Below, piece by piece: positions 53,677 to 64,000 of a DNA stretch of 64,000 nucleotides. Both the position numbers and the translations under genes were made by a program. How positions within the stretch are numbered: the stretch's first letter is position 1; the number at the start of each line of letters is the position of its first letter. Source of the stretch: Styela clava (taxonomy: Eukaryota). Location: contig NC_135254.1 in NCBI RefSeq assembly GCF_964204865.1, positions 13,888,001 through 13,952,000 of the forward strand, given 5' to 3'. Below the pieces are notes generated by a model. It saw nothing but the letters and a program-made list of their open reading frames with translations, ran no database searches and was not told where the DNA came from.

Positions 53677-54816
53677 TTAACGACTTGAAGTGTTGAATTG
53701 GGCAAAATATTGTGCAGTTGGTGGGTTGACGTATACTTCAGTGTCAAGGAAGTTTTTGTGAGCTGATTGTTCAGCTGCGAGTCTGATATTTGCTAAATCT
53801 TGTTCTTGTCTTAATCCTTTCTGAAGATTGTTTTCTTGTCGTTCCAAAATTGTAGCAGCTCTCGCCATTGCAACTCTTTGCCTATCCCATTCCATGTCTC
53901 GTTGCCATTCTTCTTCTCGAAGTCTTCGTCTTTCTTGTCTCTGTTGTTCTTGTATTCTACGTATTTCTTCAACCTGTTTTGGAGTCATTCCCTTCCATCG
54001 GTCTGGTATTACTCTATGTGATCCAAAAGAACTTGATGCAACAGCAGGATTTTCAGTCAAAATATCACCAAAAACATGATTGGAAATTTCAGTAAAGTTA
54101 TCATCTTGTTCTTGTCTTTTGTTAAGATTTTCCTTTTCTTTACGTTCATTGGATTGAGCTTGGTTGAACTCTTTTCTTGCTTTTTCAATTTGTCTACGAC
54201 ATTCTTTTTCGGCATCATCAAGTTCAATTGCTCTTTGATCGAGTTCAACTCGTTTCATATCATAAAGCTTATCTGCATACTTTTGCTGTTTTTGTGCTTC
54301 TTCGCGCTCATGTTTTTGCGCAACAGACCATTCTCGTAACTGTTCATTTTGTAACTTTTTTCTTGCTTTCGAATTCAAGTCTTCACCCTCAAATTTTTGC
54401 ATGCCTGAAACACCACATCGTGGATCATCATCAGAAACTCTTGCAGGCTTGTCCTTCTTTTTGCCATCTGGGTCATATAGATCAAACTCTTTTCTTGTTT
54501 CAGGGCGTTGGTATTGCAGGCGAAATCCATTCAAGGCTTGATTCAGTCGTCTGATATCCCCTTCCTGCCTTTTTTGTAACATCATTACAACCTTATCATT
54601 CCGTACCATATCATTCATGAAAGCATCATCTCTAGCCTTTTCTGTATCTTCCCGGATATTTCTTGATGTTATTTGAGTGTTCAAAGCTTCAATATCTACG
54701 CCAATTGTTCGGGTTTTGGAATTGAATATACGATTTTGCCTCTCTAATTCTCGTTTTCTCCTACTTTCTATAGCAGCCGCCTCTTTCAGATCCAACGGAA
54801 GATCTAACTTATACAT
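53677..54816 (-). CDS. RIBC2: RIB43A-like coiled-coil protein (ciliary microtubule inner protein, RIBC1/RIBC2 family), 379 aa, single coding exon
   Basis: Family motifs RQNRIFN...IGVD, EFDLYDP..KKDKPAR, SGMQKFEGEDLN, GDILTENP...SFGSHRVIPDRWKGMT, and C-terminal YFAQFNTSSR. It is probably a co-ortholog of vertebrate RIBC1/RIBC2. Confidence 0.95.
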   Translation of the reverse strand: MYKLDLPLDLKEAAAIESRRKRELERQNRIFNSKTRTIGVDIEALNTQITSRNIREDTEKARDDAFMNDMVRNDKVVMMLQKRQEGDIRRLNQALNGFRLQYQRPETRKEFDLYDPDGKKKDKPARVSDDDPRCGVSGMQKFEGEDLNSKARKKLQNEQLREWSVAQKHEREEAQKQQKYADKLYDMKRVELDQRAIELDDAEKECRRQIEKARKEFNQAQSNERKEKENLNKRQEQDDNFTEISNHVFGDILTENPAVASSSFGSHRVIPDRWKGMTPKQVEEIRRIQEQQRQERRRLREEEWQRDMEWDRQRVAMARAATILERQENNLQKGLRQEQDLANIRLAAEQSAHKNFLDTEVYVNPPTAQYFAQFNTSSR

Positions 54817-54911
54817 ATTGAATCAAAATTTAGTGAACGCAGGAACAGGTGAACGACCACACAACTAAGCGAACACCAAGCAACAAAGTGCTATGGCCTG
54901 CTTTTTGTATG

Positions 54912-54924
54912 GTTGCTAGGTTAC
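54912..54924. promoter_or_regulatory. RFX X-box upstream of the RIB43A gene
   Basis: GTTGCTAGGTTAC (reverse complement GTAACCTAGCAAC), ~95 bp upstream of the ATG. RFX factors drive ciliary genes through proximal X-boxes. Confidence 0.7.
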
Positions 54925-54938
54925 CCGTGGATGTTCAT

Positions 54939-54951
54939 CGCCTCCTAGTGG
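54939..54951 (-). promoter_or_regulatory. CTCF-like motif
   Basis: The reverse complement CCACTAGGAGGCG is one position off the consensus. A partial second copy, CCTAGTGGCG, lies at ~54966. Confidence 0.35.
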
Positions 54952-55287
54952 TAGACGTAGTAATTCCTAGTGGCGCGTTGCAAATTACTTGATTAATTAT
55001 TTAAGATAACAGTGTAAAATTGTTTTGTAATATTGTCATCTTTTATAAATTACGTTAAACTCTATCACTAATGTCGCTTAATGGCAAACTAAGTAGAACT
55101 ACTTATAAGCTTACACCAGCAAATGGCAGATAAAGACCGCATGGAACAAAATTCTGATTATAAGATATTATCACAGGAGAGGAAAAGACGTTGATCTATT
55201 TTAGCCGGTATAATGTTAGGGACATATTCAAAACTTCAATCATCGATCTATACATAAGATTGTGAATTGAAACACAGTGTTTACCTG

Positions 55288-55622
55288 TGTCACGGACCAT
55301 AATGTCCGTGTTTGTAATGTATTGTGTTAATATAATTTTGTATTTCTCTGTATGCTATTTATCAGACCTTTGATTTAGGCGGCTTTGACCGGGTCTGGAC
55401 TTACACGTGCGAGACTTTCACCCATTACACGTGCGAGAGAAAATATATCCCTCGTTCTCTTTCTCCGGCAGCTGGGCTGGAGGTCGGTCTACACACATTA
55501 TCAAGAGCTCTTCAAACTGTGATACCTGTACTCGATTCCAGAATACTGATTCAGACTGCTGGCACCAGCCTGGCTGTGGTCAACACTTGCGACTGGGAAA
55601 CGGGGGCATGTGATGTGTCACA
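55288..55622. mobile_element. Possible solo LTR
   Basis: GC-richer 335-bp block starting TGTCAC and ending TGTCACA (TG...CA), with an internal ACACGTGCGAGA duplication. No TSD seen. Confidence 0.3.
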
Positions 55623-56323
55623 ATATTTGCTTTGCTTTACATGAAGAAGATGAGTTAAAAATATTATAAATGGCAATTGGTCTACGGAGTAAAATAATAG
55701 TTTATTGCTTTTTGGGCACGCTTTTCGTCTGGATTCCTGAAACAATAGATTTCAAAAGAAAATTCGCTGTAAAACTTTTACTTATTTTTTAGGCTCACGT
55801 AGCTCGATACTTCACCTAAATTTTACTGATTTATTTTGAATCATGGAAGTACTGCTTTGACACTCGACCTCCGTGTAGCCTACATGACGGTATATTTGAT
55901 CATTGCTCTCTTGTTAAATGTACAAATCACGTTTTCGTAAAATAGCTTAACTCGTGTAAATACCGATTTTCCAGTCTTTGAAACTCAATTAAAAAGTTAA
56001 GCGCATTGCCAAATTCAGTGATATTTAGCTGTGTAAGATAAAAATTGTTGTATATATATATATAATACTCCATCTGCTCGTCATAGATTTTGCTAAAGGA
56101 ACGCGAAAATGGATTGATAAAACAGGGGAAAAAATGTGACTTCTGAATGTCAGAAAATACAACTTCTCGGATCGCACACGGGTTTCAAAATTGAATCACT
56201 CTGGTTTTACGAACTTACCCAGTTGCTCGGCATGATCACAGCAAATGAATCGATGTTTATTTGAAATGTGCAACAACTTTAAATCATGGATAAATGATAT
56301 AGATTATATACCGGTAATAAGAT

Positions 56324-59300
56324 CTATTCTTCAAAAAGTTTCATAATTTCCTCGAACATTGCTTGAATTGTTTCCATACCAGTCTTCCGGGGATCAAGAT
56401 GTGTAGTTTTTTCAAAGTCTGTTATTGCAGACTGATTGGAGATACAAAACGTGGAAACGAAAGCGGAAAACGTTTGCTAATTCCATATTCATTCACATAT
56501 ATTATGCAACCTTCAGGTTTCGCGAGATGTTGCCTTTGATCGGAATTTAATACAGTTGCGCATTCAGCTTCAGGTGTCTGTGCAAGTGCAGCCCAAACTT
56601 GTGCTGAAGCGTCTTTTTTCTTTCGGACACATTGTGGACTCAGTGGATCTTTACCGGGATTAAGAGCATCGCTTGTATCTGTAAATTCGCACTGGTTTAT
56701 CTTACCTAGCGATGACAAAGTGCTTTTTTCGGAAAAGGGTCGAGATTTTAAAACTATGTCACCGTATTTCCCATCATCACTTTGAACTTGGCACACGTTA
56801 CCGCATTCGTCAGTCCACTGTATCAAACCATCGCTTCTTGTGTTTGGTCTGGAATGTTTCGTCTCGAACTTTTTCAAGTTTTTGCATCGAGCGGAAGTTA
56901 AAACTTTATTGCTGTGAATTTGTTTGTCTGGACCATCAGATTTAACAGTCTCAAGTCGAGACGAATGGGTGTCCGCGGTCACGAAATCACATTGACTGCT
57001 GCTGTACTTATCAAGTCCAGGACTAGTTGTTCGTGAAATCTGAAGGAGGAATGTTAAATCCAGGCTTCAATTCTAGATAACATTGTACCATAAGATATAT
57101 TCATTAGAGCAAGAAAGAGCTAAAACTGGTAATCGAGCAGCGACACCCATGTCCCAAATGAATAGCATTGGTATACTATGGTGTGCCACTTTTTATTACA
57201 ACTTTACAGAAAGTAGCATTCTGTGAATAATATAAATCGTAAGTTACCTTTTTCAGACTTGCGACCTTATCTCTGGAAACTACCATTGTCGCAGGTACCT
57301 TTTTCGAATATTTATTAATCCCTGGGACAGATTTCTTGTACGTTTTCTCTGCAGCTATATCCTCTTCTTCTGACGATTCTATGTTTATATGTAGCGTAAC
57401 CGTTTCCAATGCCTGTGATATGGCAAACAGAAATGCCGGCAGGTTTATTTTTTTCGCTTGTTGGGTTTATAATTTTGCTTCGATTTGATAGCTACAATGC
57501 TCTGGAATGTGATTTCACGAAGAACATTTTACTTAGTTCTCTACTTGACCCATATATGTATATATATTAATGAAAAAAATTATAAGATGTCAAAGCACTC
57601 ACTCGAGTTTTACGTTTACTTTTCTTGAGTCTTTTTAGTTCTTCAATTCTTCTGTTGATTGTACCACATTGTAGAATGTTGTACGTTGTGTCCGATGCAA
57701 TGGACGATTCATCTTTCGATGCGATATGTACATCGCCAAGTAGGGCAGCCACTTTTTCTGTTGCCTGCATTAATTGAAAACATGTCGATATAAATGATAA
57801 AGCTAAAAAAACTTATTTAACTTTAGTTTGAGAGTGCTGATACTTGGTGGCTAAATTGATTGAAACATGTCGATATAAATAATAAAGCTCAAAAAAAACC
57901 TTTCAACTTTAATTTGAGAGTGCTGATAACTTTTACTTTACTCACAATGATCTGTGAACTAGTATACATGTAAATATGAGGAACATATCTCAAAATTAAG
58001 CTGAAATTATTCTTTCGATTACGGGTCCTTTAAAATGAGCGCGGAAATAAGTCCAATCAATTTTGCTATCGACAAAAATCAATATCTTTAAATATGTTTT
58101 ACAAACCCCATAACTTATTTAGTTTTCCTAAAAACTACAGTACACCCAGTTGTACTATTTTTGTATTAACAAACATAATCTCAAACTATATTAATATTAG
58201 TACTTACCAGGTCACATCTTAATATAGCATTGTTTAATCTAATTACCATATCGTAAACTATTGTTCCAGTTGAGCGTCAGCGTCGGGAACAATAATTTTA
58301 GGATTCAATGCCGACTTTGTCATACTGCAGAGATTGCTCTATTGGGGATTATTTGTCATCGTAGTTTCATTATTTGAATTGTAGTTTCTTATATAACAAA
58401 GAAAGTCTGTACCTGTTTCCCCTTTGACTCATCTGTATTTTTGTCATTTACGTTAGTATTTTTCAAAAGATCAAAATTTATTTTATTTTCGTCGCTTTCC
58501 TCTTCCGAGGTTTCATCGAATACCGGTATATGTAGTTCTATTTTCTTGCGCGTTGATGGCGCTAAATTGTGGATTTCTCGTTTATTTTTCTCTAAAAATA
58601 ACAAAATAAAAAAATCGTAAATAATTATAATAGAACTTGCGAGGAAATAGTTTGTTTCAATATTTCAAAATGATTTTACTTATAGACAGGACATGAAATA
58701 GACATTGGTGATAACTGTTGTTTTACCGATGATAAGTAATAATACAATTAGAAGTTTCTGTTAGCATGCCTGTTTGATAACACTATCTATCCATACTATA
58801 AGAACAATAAAGTTTGTTTCGTGTCTTGGCTATTTCGTTTTATTCTCAGACATTTTAACACCTCGGTTGATATAAAAATTTTCATACAGCATATTTTCAT
58901 GCTTCTCCTGTTTACTTTAATGTTAATGTAATTAAATATCTCACGGGATAAAGATTCCAGACGCTTCATTTGCCTTGATCCTAATTTATCTACGCTCAAC
59001 CTTCTTTGGAAAAAGTCAACTACAGAATTTTTACGAGATCGAATTTTTGAAGTTATTCGACTAGCTGTTGATTCTCTGGATATTCCTCTGATATTGTTTT
59101 TACCAACGAGAGCTACCATTTTCGGTACTCCAAGTTCCATTTCCCTTCTTTTGCGTTCACTGTGAGTGTAATTTAATTGAGTCAATAGTATTTTCTAAAA
59201 ATCACTTTAAGTAAAGGTACATTAAACCCTTCAGGACTGCTAAAATGTCAATGCTGTGGTGTGGTTATATCATATTATATTTTAAAGCGAGGACCTCAAT

Positions 59301-62300
59301 TTAAAAGAACATTACAATTAGAGGACTAGATATGCTTTTCGTAATTAGAGCGACAACAGTTGCGCAAATCAAAATGGAGTAGAAATTGGAAATGCATAAC
59401 ATTATCGAATCATATGAAATCAAATTTTTAAATTGTCAAACGTCAAAATAAAATTTTATACCTATGAATTTTTGCACCAACATTTTTTTCTTTTCGTAGA
59501 ACTCGACAGGAATATGATCCTTCAAAAGATAGAGGGACTGTTTCATCTCTTCCAGAGACTTGAAAAACATAAAACAAATTTTGAATAATATTTCATGTAG
59601 AATGTTTTCCAATCCACTTTGCGAATCTATTTTCAATTATGAACTTTCCAAGAATCTTGTGGCTTGTGTACGAAACAAGCAAATTGCCTCAATTTTTTTC
59701 TAAAACGTAAATTATTTTACACTGTTTGGGTAAAAAGAAAATTAACCATGAACTTGCCAATGGCAGCAACTATTTGATAAGTCTATATACCTTCGCAGTG
59801 ATGTAATGAGCATACAAATGCATTTTTTCAATTATCCAATTTTATTGTTTTGTGTTACATATTTTTGATCAAATATTGATAAAAGGACATTTTTTTGTAC
59901 ACTAAAACTGTTGATACGCTTTAAGTTCAATGTGTCTAAATTTCCTCCTACATTTCTGCATTTCAAATCTGTTTGAAATAGGAAATTTGGCAATCTGGAA
60001 ATGAAAACGTTAGTCCGTATTACATGAATAAATATATATGTAAATTCATCAAAATTTGTATACCAGTATTTATCAAAATATCCGTAGTTTTATTGGAAGC
60101 TTTACTTGTTGAATTGCAATGAAGATCTTCTGTACTAACTCCATCAAGTTTAGACTTTCCTCTCGAAGACTTTGGACTCACCTGTCAATATCGAGTTATG
60201 GATGTAATGAAAACCAAACAGTTGATTATACAAAATATGATATAGGAAAGGTATTTCAAAGTATCCATTACTAAGTGTATGTTATACATACTTCTAGATA
60301 TGTATAAATAGTATGTATTAGAATGTACGGGTCAAGTAATCTAAGAGTTTTGCCGAAGATGGTTTTGAAAAGGCCGAACAACTCGTATGAGTGCTCTCAA
60401 CTTCTTACCAATATATTCACTTTTAAGGCCGCTTCATTGAGTACTCCGAATGAGTAATTTTGCAGAAACATTTTATTTATCTTTCATTTAACTTGTGAAG
60501 CGTTTTGTTTTTTGAGTGTGAAAAATTATGAATGCTTGACGTAAATAATGTCGTGGGCCCGGCAGATGTCATCATCTACTTACTGCATTTATCTATTTTG
60601 ACAAAATTCGAATTTTAAATTTTGTACGATAAAATTTCTTTTGTTCAAGGGTTTGATAAGTTATTGTGTTATATTAATATATATAATACATATCGTCACG
60701 CTAATAACCGAATTGCGTAAGTCATTTTTAGCAGTTTAGAGAAAAACGTAAAAAACTTCCTAATGATATTGTTATGCCATTGAGAGTCAATAATTTGCCA
60801 TGGTTCAATTTTTTGATCGTAGCCGGATTTAAGTTAATTTGTATGACGCAGTTAAGTGACGTCATAATGGAGCACTGTGACTTAGGCAGAAATGTGTCTA
60901 TGACTTGGGGACATACGCAATTTTGCAACTTTACTATATGCACCAGTCCTGAAAACTAAACATTCCAAAAACGAATGTAATTCTCAGTATCTACAATGTA
61001 TAATCCCCAAAACAGCTAGTCAGTTTCAATTACATTATTCTTTATGTTTGAAAATATATATTTCATCAATATAACACGTTCTGCACATCCACCGAAATAT
61101 GACTAAGATTAAATATAAAGAATAAAACAGCAATGCACCCAATGTAAAAGCCAACCAAGATGAATTGGACTCGGGCAGTGAATATCACAAGTGCACGCCT
61201 TCCTATACTGTAGTATAAATTCAAATTAATACGCGCTAAGCTAGAATCCGAGATGCAAAAGCTCGAAAATACTTCGCCGATGTCATTTTGCCTTTGTGAC
61301 GTCACAATAGTCCTGCGGTAACAATGATAATTCATTATGACGAAACAATTGCACAAATATGCATGTCATACTAAATCTCCATTTATATGGGTTTCGGAAT
61401 TCTTAAAATAAAATCTGAGTTAACAGACAGGTGCGCAGCATTACATACTCAAAATCGCCAAAAATGACTTAAGCAATTCGGTTATTAGCGTGACGATATG
61501 GAAAGTTACACATACTGTTTTAACTCGAGGTGCTTCAACGCAAGTTTTAATTACCTCATTTCCATGCAGCGATCCGTGTTGATCTTCGGGTGTTCTTAGC
61601 AATCTCACATCCTGTTTAGGTGTGTTTGATCGGGAATATGTCTTTGGCGTTGAAGTTGCTGAAACATCTCTCGGTTTCATTGGAAAACCGTTTGGCAATT
61701 TGGGCCAAGCTTTCTTAACGGCTCTCAATTTTAATTCTATACCGGTGGCAGCAACATTATCCTCGGAAGTATTTTGATTAGATCGAACACTCTTACGACT
61801 TACGGGCGTTGAAACACGATTCATCATTTTTTTTGCAACCTGATGTTGACGCGATTTTGTTCTCGTCGAGTTAACACTGGTCGTCTGATTCTGTTTGAAA
61901 CTTTCATCAAAATTTGTATTGTTGTTCGATTCAAATTTAGATTTTCCCAACTTTTCACCGATTACGCGGGATTGCAAAACGTCGGTATCTTGCATTTTGT
62001 GTGACATTAAACATTCTGCCGTGCCATCGCCATCAACCATGATTGTAGACTGTTGGTGTAGTTCGAACTCTTCGTTCTCCGATTCTATGGGCAAGAAATT
62101 TTTTCACATATTTAAAATCGAAATAAAAGTTTATAGTATAATACAGGTATTTTTGGTTGGAATGAGTTGTATATCTTGGGTGCGAACATGAAACGTAGAG
62201 ACTGCACCGAAACCCCAGCTTGCAGACTATAGTGTACCTGGTTAAAAGCAATTTTCTGATTTGGAATGTTCAAAAATACCTGTCCAGAAGTTGTTATTTA

Positions 62301-62514
62301 AAGTTGAATCGTTTCTGCCGATTGCCGATAGCGTTTCGATTGCTTCTTCGATAACTTGGTCTCTATCTCTCACGGAAGAACAAGATGAAAACACGTCCTG
62401 TTCGTCATGTCCACCTCGATTTGTCATTTCTAAATCGTAACTTTCTGTCATGCTTAGGATCAACTTTTGTAAATATGAAAAGACATCTGCTCGAGACCAC
62501 TTCTCATAAAACAT
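56324..62514 (-). CDS. Uncharacterised multi-exon protein (~790 aa, S/K/E/R-rich, probably largely disordered)
   Basis: Phase-consistent model: 62514-62280, 62084-61516, 60181-60064, 59558-59462, 59159-58945, 58591-58413, 57764-57603, 57412-57248, 57039-56511, 56418-56324. Several long same-strand ORFs are bounded by canonical splice sites. The regions around 58208-58338 and 59790-59990 are unresolved. Confidence 0.6.
57772..57928. repeat. Intronic tandem duplication (~70-bp block twice, period ~87 bp)
   Basis: ATTGAAA(A)CATGTCGATATAAAT.ATAAAGCT.AAAAAA...AACTTTA.TTTGAGAGTGCTGATA occurs twice. Confidence 0.85.
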
Positions 62515-64000
62515 GTCGTGTGGAAGGATGCACTCATCTTCAAGTGAAGTGAGTCGCTTGAAGTGTCACTATCACAATTTCACAAACGGTGAAATGACCA
62601 ACAAAATTTTAAGGTAATTCAAAAATGTACTCTATTTCTAGTGAAAAGCATAAATAAACCTTGTGGGCCAGTGAACGGACATCTGTTTACTCTTCTTTTA
62701 TTTCTAATATTTGTGCGTAATAAAATTTGTTTCATTGGTTTTCATTGATAATTATATTTATTTACTATTTAACTTCCGATTTTTGTATAATTCGCATCTT
62801 TTCTACGCTGAAACGTAAAGGCGCATAAACGTAAAAAATATTCTTGTTGATGATGAAGAACACCTGAACAGCACTAGAATCAACTTGAACATCTCTCGAT
62901 CACGTGTTCAAAACGGAACAATGACACTGATATAAAATTGATGTAAAATATACATGATTTTTCGGGTTAATTATTTATCGTAGCTTGTTGAAAAAAAAAA
63001 TACCTTTTCATTAACCCATCCCCTCCCAGTGATATTTTATTATACATTCATCTTCAAAACCGAGAAATTTTACTACGCAATTGTGGTAAATGCCGTGTTT
63101 TGTAGCTCTTAAACTACATTAATAACGGTCCAGACCATTTTAATTCGTGTGGCGCCTCATAACTATGTCAAAATGTACGATTATACAAATCTATAAAATG
63201 GTTGAGAACGATTCTAAAATAGGAAAATATACGAAGAGGAGGAATATAAATGGATATTGACATTTTAGGCCATTTTACCAATGGTATCCTCTAAAAAATA
63301 CCGATCTTATTTCCGTTTGACACTATTTAATACCGTGTTTGTATATTATATATATATTGCAAGAATATTGCATATTTTGCATGAATCTAGTTCGTAACAC
63401 TAAAAATTATTGAAGTCAGAATATGCGCAGGGATTTCATTCGGTATCACTATTGGTGTTACATGTCGGATTAAAACTCCATATAGGCATCCTTTTGGGAC
63501 GAAAAAACCACTTAATCCATGACACCCTGGGTTATGAGCAGTCGTTGATATGCCGCCGGAAAATTAGTTCCGGTGGGCCATTGCGGTATCAAACCATTAT
63601 TATTTAATCAATAACACGTTTTATAAATTTAAAATTTATCAAAATATTTGGGTTATTTATGGTGGTTTGGTGGATGAAAATTATTAAAAAAAATTATCGA
63701 TAAATAGTAGATACCGGTATCTATAAGTATGCATATACTTGGTGAAGATTTTGAACAGAGAACGTATAGTCGTATAGGAATGACAGCTCATTCCTAATAG
63801 ATGATGTTAGGTATGAACACAGATACTAAGAGTTCGGCGATTGTTGGTCAAAAATATCTCGATATGATGAAACGCAATTATTTGCCGAGAAAATGCATGA
63901 TGTTGCTAACAAGATATAATAATTGCGTAAAATAGGCCATGCTGCTTTACATGGCCAGATCTCATGACTGTTCTGTTCTAAATTTGATAAACAGATCCGT

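Noticed and set aside
53828-54868. Several + strand ORFs overlapping RIB43A, and likewise 34118-34534, 2758-3003 and 5965-6195
   Set aside because: Antisense shadows of real coding exons.

Overview
AT-rich, intron-containing animal genomic DNA. Short GT-AG introns and the repeat content look invertebrate-chordate/ascidian-like, but the organism is an inference. Minus-strand genes reconstructed by hand with phase-consistent splice sites: (1) a long RGS3-like gene with a clear RGS3-type C2 domain, running off the left edge (11376..<1); (2) a shorter 412-aa RGS-domain paralog sharing motifs and an intron position with the 3' half of gene 1 (34542..31047); (3) a 12-exon, 535-aa flavin-containing monooxygenase (47336..40854); (4) an intronless RIB43A/RIBC ciliary gene with an RFX X-box (54816..53677); (5) a ~790-aa low-complexity protein with no domain I recognise (62514..56324). 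The most unusual part lies between the two RGS genes (~14390-29690). It is a five-unit degenerate tandem array, and the ORF track misses its spliced + strand gene: a signal-peptide exon followed by a cysteine-rich exon. One copy is open (97 aa, 6 Cys in the mature part); the others are truncated, stopped or deleted. The array carries a near-invariant 33-bp noncoding motif and a CTCF-like site at its edge. It has also been hit by a 1.58-kb palindromic Foldback-like element (6-bp TSD), two Merlin-like MITEs at homologous positions, and a Helentron/HINE-like insert. A SINE family, a 5'-truncated LINE and an assembly N-gap are also present. No rRNA, tRNA gene or CRISPR array was seen.
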